Origin: Spongiibacteraceae bacterium
Lineage (GTDB): Bacteria; Pseudomonadota; Gammaproteobacteria; Pseudomonadales; Spongiibacteraceae
Length of the DNA: 45,427 bases
Direction: 5' to 3'
Assembly: GCA_041546665.1 (NCBI GenBank)
Contig: JBFEVY010000001.1
Location: 1 to 45,427, forward strand
Both the position numbers and the translations under genes were made by a program. The notes beneath the pieces were generated by a model, which ran no database searches, had not been told where the DNA came from, and saw nothing but the letters and a program-made list of their open reading frames with translations. Shown piece by piece: positions 17,587 to 27,284 of this stretch (position 1 is its first letter; each line of letters starts with the position of its first letter).

Positions 17587-19074
17587 ATGGATACGCTTCA
17601 GGATGCGCTGTTGTACATCAATGGCGAAATGCGCCCGTCGAGCAATAATCAGTACTTCGACAATATCAACCCCTGGACTGGCGCGCCCTGCGGCAAGGCA
17701 GCGGACGCAACGGCTGACGATGTAGAGCAGGCCATTAGCAGCGCCCGCGCCACCTTCGACAATACCGATTGGGCAACCAGCCACGACAAGCGCTACGAGC
17801 TGGTTAAAAAATACGTTGATGAACTCTGCGCAGCCCGCGAAGACCTGGTGCTAATCTCCCGTCTCGAAGTGGGTGCCGCCATCGGCGCCGCCGCTATGGC
17901 ACAGGTCGACGGTGCACTGGATGGCGCCAAGGACCTGATCGAATGTTACAAGCAAATGCAGTGGCAAAAGGACCTTGGCCGCAAAACTACAATGGGCGCC
18001 GACACGCAGCGCTATGTGGTGCGCGAGGCCGCCGGTGTCGTTGGTGCCATTACGCCCTGGAACGTGCCCTTGTACGTTAACATTGGCAAAGTCATCGCCG
18101 CACTGCTGGCTGGCTGTACCGTTATTCTGAAGCCCGCACCGGACACCCCGCTGATGGGTTCCATTATGGGCGAACTGGCGATTAAAGCGGGCCTGCCCGC
18201 CGGTGTGCTCAGCATCATCCCCTCCGCTGACCCCGCGATGGCCGGCGAAATGCTGACCACCGACCCCCGCGTTGACCTGATCTCCTTCACCGGCTCCACC
18301 GCCGTCGGCAAGCTGATCATGAAAAACGGCGCCGACACCCTCAAGCGGGTCTTCCTGGAACTGGGTGGCAAGTCTGCCTACGTGGTACTGGAAGACGCCG
18401 AAGACTTCGACATGGTGGTAATGCGCTCCATGGTGGTGTTCCACGCCGGCCAGGGCTGTGCCTACCCGACCCGCCTGCTGGTGCCCAAGAGCCGCTACGA
18501 GCACGCCTGCAAACTGCTGGAAATGGCCTACGGCGGCTTCTCGCAAATGTGGGGCAAGTTTGACGAAGCATCCTGCATCATGGGCCCGCTGATTTCCAAA
18601 AAGCAGCTCAACCGCGTTCACGACTACATTGAAATCGGCAAGGCAGAGGGTGCCCGTCTGCTGGCCGGTGGCAACCTGCGCCCCGATATGGGCGACGGCT
18701 TCTTTGTTGAGCCCACCTGTTTTGTAGACTGTAACAACGAGATGCGCATTGCCCGGGAAGAAATCTTCGGACCGGTACTGGTGGTGATTCCCTTTGAGGA
18801 TGAAGCCGATGCGGTACGCATTGCCAACGACAGCGACTACGGCCTGGGCGGCGCAGTGTACGGCAGCCCCGAGAGCGCCATGCGCGTGGCCTCACAAATT
18901 CGCGCCGGCGCCCTGAGCGTCAATGGCGGCCTGGGCATCACCGGCGACCTGCCCTTCGGCGGCTACAAACAGAGCGGTATGGGCCGCGAGTGGGGCCTGG
19001 AAGGTATTGAGGAATTCACCGAGATCAAAGCCATTGGTCTGGGTGCCGCTTCCGCTGAAGCACTGAAGGGCTAA
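17587..19074 (+). CDS. aldehyde dehydrogenase
   Basis: ITPWN, FTGSTAVG, LELGGKS, HAGQGC (catalytic Cys), EEIFGP, PFGGYKQSGMGRE; GAGGAG RBS. Confidence 0.95.
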   Translation: MDTLQDALLYINGEMRPSSNNQYFDNINPWTGAPCGKAADATADDVEQAISSARATFDNTDWATSHDKRYELVKKYVDELCAAREDLVLISRLEVGAAIGAAAMAQVDGALDGAKDLIECYKQMQWQKDLGRKTTMGADTQRYVVREAAGVVGAITPWNVPLYVNIGKVIAALLAGCTVILKPAPDTPLMGSIMGELAIKAGLPAGVLSIIPSADPAMAGEMLTTDPRVDLISFTGSTAVGKLIMKNGADTLKRVFLELGGKSAYVVLEDAEDFDMVVMRSMVVFHAGQGCAYPTRLLVPKSRYEHACKLLEMAYGGFSQMWGKFDEASCIMGPLISKKQLNRVHDYIEIGKAEGARLLAGGNLRPDMGDGFFVEPTCFVDCNNEMRIAREEIFGPVLVVIPFEDEADAVRIANDSDYGLGGAVYGSPESAMRVASQIRAGALSVNGGLGITGDLPFGGYKQSGMGREWGLEGIEEFTEIKAIGLGAASAEALKG

Positions 19075-19099
19075 GGCCCAACCCCTTTCTTCATAGCTT

Positions 19100-19126
19100 G
19101 CGGGGGAGTCTTCCCCCGCCTTTTTT
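19100..19126 (+). terminator. rho-independent terminator
   Basis: GCGGGGGA-GTCT-TCCCCCGC-CTTTTTT after the ALDH stop. Confidence 0.8.
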
Positions 19127-19145
19127 CACGCAGGCTTACACCCGA

Positions 19146-20093
19146 TCACTGCGCGGCTTCAAACTGCTCTCTTAGCCACTGCCCCGCCTGGTTCACCGCA
19201 TCGGCAGCAATATCCACACTTCCCGCCGCACTCAGGTAACCGTGCAACATGCCCGGATCACATCGGCTGGTTACTGCCACACCACTATCGGCAAGCCGTT
19301 TCGCATAGGCCAGCCCTTCGTCCCGCAGCGGATCGAGTTCGGCAACACAAATCATGGCCGGAGCCAGACCTTCCGCACTTTCGACCTTGAGCGGCGATAC
19401 CAGCGGATTGTTTCGGTCTACACCCGGCGGGCAGTAGTGATCCCAGAACCAGCGCATGTCAGCTTCTGAAAGCAAATAGTTCAGTGCCCCCACCTCCCTG
19501 TAGGAATCGGTGCTGAAATCACTGTTAGTCACCGGATAGGCGAGAAACTGAGCAGCGATGGCGGGCGCTCTGCCGTCGCGACTGAGTATTGCCGCGGCGG
19601 CGACCAGGTTCGCTCCCGCACTCTCGCCAACCAGCACCAGAGGCAGCTTGCTCCGCTCTGCCACGGCAGTCATAACGGCGGTAACATCATTAAGCGCAGC
19701 GGGATAGGGATGCTCCGGCGCCAAGCGGTAATCCACGCTGATCACCTCGCACTCGGCGAGGTTGGCCAGTCGACGGCACAGTGCGTCGCCGGTATCCAGG
19801 TCACCGATCACCCAGCCACCGGCATGAAGATAGATGCAGACGCCTTTCACCTCTCCCTGAGGCCGGTAGCGGCGCACCGGAATGTCCCCGTCGGGGCCGG
19901 TCACATGCTCGTCAATACACTCTGCGAGTTCCGGTATGCCAACCGGCACGGGCGCAGCGGCAAGACTGGTTTTTAGCATTTCCCGCGCCGCCACTGGCGT
20001 TATCTGATGATAGAAGGGCCGATCCAGCTCGGCGTAAACGTCGAGAATCGCCTGATAATAGGGATGAACCTGCGCAGTTTTTTTCTCACTCAC
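19146..20093 (-). CDS. HSL-family (family IV) alpha/beta hydrolase esterase
   Basis: HAGGW oxyanion motif, VDYRLAPEHPYPA, GESAG nucleophile, DPLRDEG, HGY. Confidence 0.92.
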   Translation of the reverse strand: MSEKKTAQVHPYYQAILDVYAELDRPFYHQITPVAAREMLKTSLAAAPVPVGIPELAECIDEHVTGPDGDIPVRRYRPQGEVKGVCIYLHAGGWVIGDLDTGDALCRRLANLAECEVISVDYRLAPEHPYPAALNDVTAVMTAVAERSKLPLVLVGESAGANLVAAAAILSRDGRAPAIAAQFLAYPVTNSDFSTDSYREVGALNYLLSEADMRWFWDHYCPPGVDRNNPLVSPLKVESAEGLAPAMICVAELDPLRDEGLAYAKRLADSGVAVTSRCDPGMLHGYLSAAGSVDIAADAVNQAGQWLREQFEAAQ

Positions 20094-20161
20094 AATAAAT
20101 ACCTGTTCCTGTTTCTGTTCGTGTTAAAGCTCAGTTGCTTGGAGCTTGTTTTCCTCGCCGC

Positions 20162-21157
20162 TCAGACGGTGGCAACAGGGGCCGCCGGCGAACCCACCGC
20201 CCCCGGCAAATTCAGTGGCGGAGCAGTCAATAAAAACGCCGTTCGCCGGTGCTCAGCCAACCAGGCGGCGAGCTCGCCAAACCACCACAGCTCACCCAAA
20301 TGGATACCAAGTTTGACCAGGCAATGTTCATGCAGCGGCATCAAGGCCGCATCGCTGCAACGTTGCACGCCCTCTATTTTCTCGACCATGGGATTGTCGG
20401 CGCAGATCGCGGCCAGGCCGCTGTCGTCAATCCAGCGCAGCAACTGGGCGTCAGTACCATCCAGGCCGGAGCAGCGGGCCATTGCAGCGGGGTCGACGTG
20501 CTCGCCCGCGCTGAGCAGCAAATCGGCGTAACCGGTGTAGAGGCAGAGAAAATCACCCGAACCTACACTGGCTCCCTGAGCCTCCATTGCCGCCATCAGC
20601 GCCCCGTATCCGACCAGGGCATGGTCCCCCTGTCCGACGTCGCGGATGTCTACCAATACCCCCCGCCCCTGCACACAGGTCGCAGCGAGTTTTTCGATGC
20701 CGAGGGATTGGGCTCTGGGCGCGATGCCCTCAGCCGGTTGAACAAAATCCATATCGGCGCGAAAGCCGTTGTAAAAAATATGCTCGGCGTGACCGTCGTT
20801 GTCCGCATCAAAGCGAATACCGTAGTGGCTCAAACCATCCCACTGGGTTGAGTATTGCAAATCCATGGTAACGCGGTCGTCGTTGACCACATCAATCGCC
20901 CCAGGCACCGTCCAGTCGTACATGGTTCGGCCATCCCGCGCCGTTGTCGGCGAGAGCAAAGGGGCATGGCGCCCCGGAAATATTCCGCCCCGAGGGTAAT
21001 CCAGGGGCAAGCTCAGTAAAAACGCGTGGCCTTCGCGGGCCTCTGCCAAGGCCCGCTGCCGACATTGGGGCGTGATGAGATTCATGCGCCCTACCTGGTC
21101 GTTTTCGCCAAACTCTCCCCACTTTGCACCGCTGGGCTGTTTCAACCACTTCGGCAT
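20162..21157 (-). CDS. cyclase family (kynurenine formamidase-like) metal hydrolase
   Basis: WGEFGENDQVGRMN, QYSTQWDGLSH, GRGVLVD, ADNPMVE, LGIHLGELW, PGAVGSP. Confidence 0.85.
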   Translation of the reverse strand: MPKWLKQPSGAKWGEFGENDQVGRMNLITPQCRQRALAEAREGHAFLLSLPLDYPRGGIFPGRHAPLLSPTTARDGRTMYDWTVPGAIDVVNDDRVTMDLQYSTQWDGLSHYGIRFDADNDGHAEHIFYNGFRADMDFVQPAEGIAPRAQSLGIEKLAATCVQGRGVLVDIRDVGQGDHALVGYGALMAAMEAQGASVGSGDFLCLYTGYADLLLSAGEHVDPAAMARCSGLDGTDAQLLRWIDDSGLAAICADNPMVEKIEGVQRCSDAALMPLHEHCLVKLGIHLGELWWFGELAAWLAEHRRTAFLLTAPPLNLPGAVGSPAAPVATV

Positions 21158-21185
21158 ACACCCTGCTCCTGACTATGCCACATCG

Positions 21186-22430
21186 TTACTTCTCACCAGG
21201 CCCTTGCGTGATCGAGCAGCCTCGGTCGATCAACCACGAGCGATCCAGTGAGGCGACATCGGCGCAGCCCATCAAAATCATCGCCCGCCGCATCTCCTGC
21301 TCAAAAATCTCAATTACCGAGGCCACCCCCGCCTCGGCGCCTGCGGCGAGACCGTAGAGGTAGGGCCGGCCAATAAACACCCCGCGCGCCCCCAAGCACA
21401 AGGCGGTGATCACATCGCTGCCGCGGCGCACGCCACCATCCAGATAAACCTCACCCCGGCCAGCGATTTTTTCCACAACAGCGGGAAGCGCGTCGATTGA
21501 CGCCAGCGCGCGGTCCAGCTGCCGCCCACCGTGATTCGACACCACCACGCCATCGGCACCGATGTCCGCAACGGCACGCAGGGCGTCGTCGGGGTCCAGT
21601 ATGCCTTTGACATAAAATTTACCCGGCCACTGATCGCGCATCCAGGCCAGGTCTTCCCAACTCAGGTCCGCCTGCATATACCTGGCCTGCACCTCCGCCG
21701 AAGCAATGGCATCGTCCGCCGCGCCGGTAATGGCTCTTTTGAAACCTGTTGCCGCACCGCTTCCTGCCCCACCGTCCCGCTCCAGATAGTGCACCGCCGC
21801 GATACGCCGGTGTACCAGCAGGCCGTATAGCCAGCGCGGGTAACACAGCATATTCAACGCCCGCGCCGGGGTCAGTATGCGCGGCTGCCCCATGCCATTG
21901 CGGCGCTCCCCCTCCCGGTTGCCCAGGGTCGGCACATCGACGGTGACAAACAGCGCGGAGTAACCCGCTGCGCGAGCGCGATCCATCAGCGCCGCGACTT
22001 TCGTCCGGTCGCCAAAGGGGTAGAGCTGAAACCAGTGACTTGCCTCGGTGGCGTCAGCGATTTCTTCCAGTGAATAACTGGACGCCGTGCTGATCACCGC
22101 GCGGGTGCCCTTGCGCTCGGCGGCGCGGCTTGCAGCAATATCAGCCTGCCAATGACTGAAACCCGCCGCCCCGGTGGGCGCCAGTGCCAGCGGTAGGGCA
22201 ACTCGCTCCCCCGCCATTGTCGTCTGCAGAACCGGCCGGCTTACCCCGCAAAGGCTGCGTTGCCGCAAACGCCAACGACCAAAGCCAGCGATATTTTCAG
22301 TAAGGGTGACATGATCATCGGCGCCACCGTCGATGTAGTGCCAAGCCATATCCGGCAAGCGTTTTCTGGCCAGTGCTCGCCATGCCTCGACACTGACCGG
22401 CGGGGTTTTGTCCCGGAGACTGAACTGCAT
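21186..22430 (-). CDS. FMN-dependent alpha-hydroxy acid oxidase/dehydrogenase (LldD/MdlB family)
   Basis: YIDGGA, LAPTG, WFQLY, TVD, GNRE, VKG, SNHGGRQLD, DGGVRRG, GRPYLY. Confidence 0.92.
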   Translation of the reverse strand: MQFSLRDKTPPVSVEAWRALARKRLPDMAWHYIDGGADDHVTLTENIAGFGRWRLRQRSLCGVSRPVLQTTMAGERVALPLALAPTGAAGFSHWQADIAASRAAERKGTRAVISTASSYSLEEIADATEASHWFQLYPFGDRTKVAALMDRARAAGYSALFVTVDVPTLGNREGERRNGMGQPRILTPARALNMLCYPRWLYGLLVHRRIAAVHYLERDGGAGSGAATGFKRAITGAADDAIASAEVQARYMQADLSWEDLAWMRDQWPGKFYVKGILDPDDALRAVADIGADGVVVSNHGGRQLDRALASIDALPAVVEKIAGRGEVYLDGGVRRGSDVITALCLGARGVFIGRPYLYGLAAGAEAGVASVIEIFEQEMRRAMILMGCADVASLDRSWLIDRGCSITQGPGEK

Positions 22431-22438
22431 ACGCCCGA

Positions 22439-23650
22439 CTATCTCCCGCTGATGATGACTGGTGCAGGCCCGCGCAGCGGCAGGGAGCTGTAGGAGTAAG
22501 GCGCAGCAATCTCATAGGCAGTGATGTTATCGAGCAGCGCATTCACCGCCGCCTCCACTTCCAGCCGGGCGAGGTTCGAACCGAGGCAATTGTGCAAGCC
22601 CACACCAAAGCCGAGATTAGGCTGGGGCTTACGGTGGATAGAAAAAGCATCGGGATCGTTGTAGCGCGCCGGATCTCTATTCGCCGCCGCTAGCAGGCAG
22701 GTGACGTTATCTCCTTCGGCCAGCTCGACACCTGCCACCACAATGGCACCGCCCCGCACCCGCCGCGGCAGCGTGCCCACCACTCCCTGCCAGCGTAACA
22801 CCTCTTCGTTAGCGGCTCTTATCAGGCGGCGGTCAGCGGCAATTTCGCGCTGCACCTCGGGCCGTTCCCCATAGGTGAGAAAGGCGTGGTCCAGCCACTT
22901 GGCCGTGGTTTCATTGCCGGCAAACAGTAACTGCCTGAGGTTCTGCACAATCTGCTCGTCGGCAAAGCCCTTCGCCGCACCCTGCTGCGCCATTAAACTA
23001 ATCAAATCATTCAGCGGCGCTTGACGCCGTTGCTCAAGCAGATCAAACAACAATTCCGCCAGGGCAGATTTTGCCCGCTCACGGCGATCGATCACCGCCT
23101 CCCGGCGGGCTTCATCCACGTAAGACGTGCTACCACCCGCAAGGGCATCGCTCCATTGCACGACATCATCCAGGCGCTGTCGGGGCACCCCCATCATCAG
23201 CGCGATAACCATGGTCGGCAGCGGCCGACACAGAGCGGTGGAGAGATTCACCGCCTCGCCGTCCTTCAGTCGCTCCACAACCGGCGTGAGCAGCGCTTCA
23301 ACAATCAAGTCGATATCCTCGCCCCGCTCAACAATACTCTGGGGCCGAAACGCCGCCGCCCACACATCACGAATGGTGTTGTGGCGCTCGCGGTCGTCCA
23401 TGGCGATAAAGGCGTCGCGGCCGAACAGGTCCTCAACCACCGTGCCCTCAACGGTAAACCGCGCGAAATTAATGGCGGTCTGGCGCACTTCGCGATCGGT
23501 GGTAATCAGCCAGCGCTGGTAGCACTCGTGCCAGACTACCGGCCCCTGCTCCCGCAGCGAGGCAAGCGCCGGCCAGGGGTTGTCGGCAAATTGCTCGCCG
23601 ACGATATCGATATCAGTGACCGGCACTCCATTGCGCAAAGACACGATCAA
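22439..23650 (-). CDS. cytochrome P450
   Basis: AGNETT I-helix, EEVLR, AANRDP, FGVGLHNCLG heme Cys; TTG start overlaps upstream TGA. Confidence 0.92.
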   Translation of the reverse strand: MIVSLRNGVPVTDIDIVGEQFADNPWPALASLREQGPVVWHECYQRWLITTDREVRQTAINFARFTVEGTVVEDLFGRDAFIAMDDRERHNTIRDVWAAAFRPQSIVERGEDIDLIVEALLTPVVERLKDGEAVNLSTALCRPLPTMVIALMMGVPRQRLDDVVQWSDALAGGSTSYVDEARREAVIDRRERAKSALAELLFDLLEQRRQAPLNDLISLMAQQGAAKGFADEQIVQNLRQLLFAGNETTAKWLDHAFLTYGERPEVQREIAADRRLIRAANEEVLRWQGVVGTLPRRVRGGAIVVAGVELAEGDNVTCLLAAANRDPARYNDPDAFSIHRKPQPNLGFGVGLHNCLGSNLARLEVEAAVNALLDNITAYEIAAPYSYSSLPLRGPAPVIISGR

Positions 23651-24798
23651 GCCCCCAGTCCTTTGGCAATCACTTCACCTGCATCGCGGGAGCGCGCGCC
23701 GGTAACAGCGCTGCTGCGATACAACACAAAGCCGCAGGCCACAAAGCAGCAAACCACATAGGGAAGGTAACCCACCGGCGTGGCCCGCGCGGTCAGGCCG
23801 GCCTGCGCCGCGAAGTATTCCGGCAGGGCGTATATCCACAAGCCCAGGAAGACAAATAGATAGGTGCGGAAAAAATTTAGCGGGTAGCGGTCAGACGCAC
23901 TCGATTCCGTATTCTCACCCCCATTTAACACAAATACGAAAATCCCCAGCGACGCGGCGGTCGCAACGCCTAACACCGATGCGTAGGCTGTTATCGCCGC
24001 GGCGCTGCTCGAAGCCAGATTGGGAATGCTCGCGGTGGGCAATACTCCGTTAATCACCGGCAATAGCACACCGATCAGCAGCGTTAGTGCAATCAAAGTT
24101 GGCTTGGAAACGAGCAAACTGCGACGCTGACGCGAGGCGGCATACTTGCTGGCGATCCCTCTGACCAGTACCGTGGCAACCATCGGCGGTGTCAGGCTAA
24201 AGACAATGACACTGCTCCAGGGTACCGACGCCAGGCGATGGCTGACTAGCGGGTTGTCAAAATTCCACACCCACCAGGTGTACTGAGGGCCGAAGTGGTC
24301 GAATATTTCGTAAAAGCAACTGTGCACAAAGCCCACACACAGCGCACCCAGCCAGATTCCCCCGCGGCGCTCTAAGAGACCTGTTTGCTGCACCAGGGCG
24401 TAGCTGGGGCACAACAGCGCCGGATACAGGGCGACAATGTAAAGCGGCGTCTGGTTGTAGAGAATGCCGACACTGAATTCATTGTGGGTAAACACAAAGC
24501 CGATATCCAGGCCGAGAAGATGGGGAAAGTACAGCGGCACTTCCGACACAAACAGATAGACGATAGACGCCCAAAACAAACAGAGGTTGGACGGGTCGCC
24601 CCGCTCCCGCCAGCGGCGCCGGGCGTGGAAGAATGCCATCACGGCGCCGGCGATCATCAGCAGCTCTACAACATTCATCGTCCAGTGTTTTAAGGCCAGG
24701 GGATTATTCCAGTAAATCAGTGAATCCAGTGCCGCCGGATTCACGCCCCCCATTTTTTCATTCGCCACCCGCAGGTATTCAGCGGTTACGATAGTCAT
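23647..24798 (-). CDS. polytopic membrane protein of unknown function (possible CruF-like hydratase superfamily)
   Basis: About 8-9 hydrophobic segments; SEVPLYFP, FTHNEF, PLYIVALYP, YEIFDHFGPQYTWWVW, SVPW; AGGAA RBS before ATG 24798. Confidence 0.7.
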   Translation of the reverse strand: MTIVTAEYLRVANEKMGGVNPAALDSLIYWNNPLALKHWTMNVVELLMIAGAVMAFFHARRRWRERGDPSNLCLFWASIVYLFVSEVPLYFPHLLGLDIGFVFTHNEFSVGILYNQTPLYIVALYPALLCPSYALVQQTGLLERRGGIWLGALCVGFVHSCFYEIFDHFGPQYTWWVWNFDNPLVSHRLASVPWSSVIVFSLTPPMVATVLVRGIASKYAASRQRRSLLVSKPTLIALTLLIGVLLPVINGVLPTASIPNLASSSAAAITAYASVLGVATAASLGIFVFVLNGGENTESSASDRYPLNFFRTYLFVFLGLWIYALPEYFAAQAGLTARATPVGYLPYVVCCFVACGFVLYRSSAVTGARSRDAGEVIAKGLGA

Positions 24799-24857
24799 GC
24801 GCAATTCCTATAATTGATCTTTTATGCAGTGCGTCGCTCTTTTATTCGGTAGTGCGA

Positions 24858-25697
24858 TCAGACTGGCACCGCTCGGGGTACCCCGTACACCTGCGTCATA
24901 TCTTCGCCGCGCTCATAGCGGCCATTCCATTCGTGGTAGTAGTGCGGAATTTTCTGGTTTTCGGTGCGGTGCCAGGGCATTTGCGCGCCGACAATACCCA
25001 GTAGCGCCTGCAGGTTTTCACCGAGCGGAATGCCCTTGTAAGCGTCTGCCGAGTAGACCGCTTCAGGCACCTCCGGCACATGTTTTTTAAATTCCTCTTC
25101 GAGCAGTGCCAACCCCGCCGCAACGTGTTTCATAAAGGACGGAAAACTGCCGACCCGATACCAGTACTTGCCAACCACGTGGTCGTAGATCATCAACGCG
25201 GAGCTGCGGTGTTCGATTTCCTCGCAGAAGTGCCAGAGAAACAGCGAGGCCACCCGGGCATCCCCAGCGCCGAACAGCGGTTCGCGGTTGTCGATCAACA
25301 GCTTGAAACTCGGCGTAAAAATACTTTCCAGACCGCCGGCATACGCCAGGTGATAATCCAGACTCCTTTCCTCATACAGCGTATCGAAGTGCTGGACGAT
25401 TTTATCCAGGGCTCCTCGCAGACCGGGATAACGCTCAATCAAAGCCTTCACATGCTGACGGTGGGCATAGGAATGCAAGCCTTCCTGAACCCGAAACGCC
25501 TTGGCCTCCTCCAGCACTTCGGCATCGCTGATAAGCGGCTCCGCATCCTTTACTGCCTGGCAGTAATATTTCTCCAGGCCAATGGCAAAAAATGAAACTT
25601 TGTTCATTAACACCGAAAAGCCGGGGTTCTGCGGATTCCAGATAAAATCCACCCCATCGAACTTAAACGGTATTCTTCTTATTATTAAGTCAGTCAC
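24858..25697 (-). CDS. predicted metal-dependent hydrolase family, ferritin-like diiron motif
   Basis: RRIPFKF N-terminus, GLEKYY, QEGLHSYAH, GLESIF, WHFCEEIEHRS. Confidence 0.82.
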   Translation of the reverse strand: MTDLIIRRIPFKFDGVDFIWNPQNPGFSVLMNKVSFFAIGLEKYYCQAVKDAEPLISDAEVLEEAKAFRVQEGLHSYAHRQHVKALIERYPGLRGALDKIVQHFDTLYEERSLDYHLAYAGGLESIFTPSFKLLIDNREPLFGAGDARVASLFLWHFCEEIEHRSSALMIYDHVVGKYWYRVGSFPSFMKHVAAGLALLEEEFKKHVPEVPEAVYSADAYKGIPLGENLQALLGIVGAQMPWHRTENQKIPHYYHEWNGRYERGEDMTQVYGVPRAVPV

Positions 25698-25787
25698 CCT
25701 GCTGCCCCTGTGCTTGCGGGTTGTATCGCCCGCGGCGCGCAGTGTTCACTCTGTCGCGCCGATCAAGAGGGTCCACAATTATCATTT

Positions 25788-25806
25788 AATTGACTACCTG
25801 TCAATT
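25788..25806. promoter_or_regulatory. island-wide operator, perfect copy
   Basis: AATTGAC-TACCT-GTCAATT. Confidence 0.75.
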
Positions 25807-25911
25807 TCACGCAGTAAAGCTCCAGCCCCTTAGTCATCGACCAAGTCTTTTCCAAAATAGCGATGTTCGGGCAGTAAAAAGATGGCATTTTATGGCTGTT
25901 TGAGCACCCCA

Positions 25912-25934
25912 ATAATTAACTATTATTCAATTAT
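25912..25934. promoter_or_regulatory. island-wide operator copy
   Basis: ATAATTAAC-TATTA-TTCAATTAT. Confidence 0.62.
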
Positions 25935-26012
25935 GCTAGAAATCCGTCACACAAATCGGTATATTTTTGGCCATTGAAGCAACCCAGAATTCGAATAAGC
26001 CAAGGACTCGTG

Positions 26013-27284
26013 ATGAATACAAGTGCAGATCCAAGAATCCCAGTGGAATATGCGTCCAAGCTGGCCGATGCCCGTGTTTACGCCACCAACGAATTGTTTG
26101 ATGTTTACTCGTGGCTGCATGCCAACAATCCCCTCGGCCTTGCCGAAATAGAGGGCTTTGACCCATTTTGGGTGGTAACCAAGTACGAGGATATACTCGA
26201 AGTCAGCAAGTTCCCCTACGGCAACAACCCCTCTACCTTCATGAACAAGAGCAGCAGAAACATCTCAATGCAGATGTCAGAATCGCCACTTGCGCTGTCT
26301 CTGATTCAGATGGACGAGCCGATGCACATGAAATACCGGCTGCTGACCCAGCCCTGGTTTATGCCGGCTAATATCAAAAAGCGCGAAGTGGAAATCCGCG
26401 AGATCGCAAAAAAGGCAGCGGCTCGCATGGCCGAAATGAACGGCGAGGGAGATTTTGTCGGTGAGGTTTCCCTCAACTACCCCCTAGAAGTCATCATGAA
26501 TATTCTGGGCGTACCGGAAAAAGATTTTCCGTTCATGCTACGCCTGACCCAGGAAATCTTTGGTCCCCAGGATCCCGACACGCAAAAATTAATTGAGAGC
26601 CTTTCAACCGAGGATATTTCAAAGCTGCAAATTCAGGTGGTTGGCGAGCTAATCGAATACTTCGACACCATCACCAAAGCCCGCCGCGAAAACCCCACTG
26701 ACGACCTTGCCAGTGTCATTGCCAATGCGGTGATCGACGGCGAGCCCATTTCCGACAACGCAATGAATGGCTACTACCTGGTTGTTGCCACGGCTGGTCA
26801 CGACACAACCTCCTCGTCCGCCTCTATTGGCATGTGGGCACTTGCCACTCAGGAAGGCTTGTTGCAACGCCTACAGGCCGACCCTACATTGTTGACTGCG
26901 TTTATCGATGAATCCATCCGCTGGGCCTCACCGGTGAAGAATTTTATGCGCTCCGCGCCCGAAGATGTCGAAATCCGCGGCAGAAAAATCAAGAAAGGCG
27001 ATTGGTTGATGCTGTGTTACGCTGCAGGAAACCGCGACGATGCCGCGTTCGAAAACCCCTACTCATTCGATATCGACCGCAAGCCCAACAAACATGTGGC
27101 CTTTGGCTTCGGCCCCCACCTATGTCTGGGTCAGCACTTGGCCAAAATGGAGCTGCGCATTCTATTTGAAGAACTTCTCCCCAAACTCAAGTCAGTGAAG
27201 CTGACTGGCGACCCACAAATGCTGGAAAGCTTCTTTATCAATGGCCTTAAAAAGCTGCCCATCCAGTTTGAAATGACCGAATAA
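26013..27284 (+). CDS. cytochrome P450, CYP108 (P450terp)-like
   Basis: IEGFDPFW, GYYLVVATAGHDTTSSS, DESIRWASPVKNFMR, FGFGPHLCLGQHLAKME, FEELLPKLKSV closely resemble P450terp as recalled; ATG 26013 after AAGGA. Confidence 0.92.
   Translation: MNTSADPRIPVEYASKLADARVYATNELFDVYSWLHANNPLGLAEIEGFDPFWVVTKYEDILEVSKFPYGNNPSTFMNKSSRNISMQMSESPLALSLIQMDEPMHMKYRLLTQPWFMPANIKKREVEIREIAKKAAARMAEMNGEGDFVGEVSLNYPLEVIMNILGVPEKDFPFMLRLTQEIFGPQDPDTQKLIESLSTEDISKLQIQVVGELIEYFDTITKARRENPTDDLASVIANAVIDGEPISDNAMNGYYLVVATAGHDTTSSSASIGMWALATQEGLLQRLQADPTLLTAFIDESIRWASPVKNFMRSAPEDVEIRGRKIKKGDWLMLCYAAGNRDDAAFENPYSFDIDRKPNKHVAFGFGPHLCLGQHLAKMELRILFEELLPKLKSVKLTGDPQMLESFFINGLKKLPIQFEMTE

Noticed and set aside
17851-18621. 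Long antisense ORFs (also 1416-2066, 11145-11756, 11885-12562, 23021-23761, 42909-43598)
   Set aside because: All lie opposite well-supported genes, as expected from GC-rich codon bias.
21186-22430. Possible mycofactocin MftD
   Set aside because: Has the standard WFQLY/TVD/GNRE hydroxy-acid oxidase motifs, and no mftA/B/C genes are in the window.
25788-25806. FNR/ANR box reading of the palindrome
   Set aside because: FNR is TTGAT-N4-ATCAA; all copies here have a 5-nt spacer and mostly TGAC/TAAC half sites.
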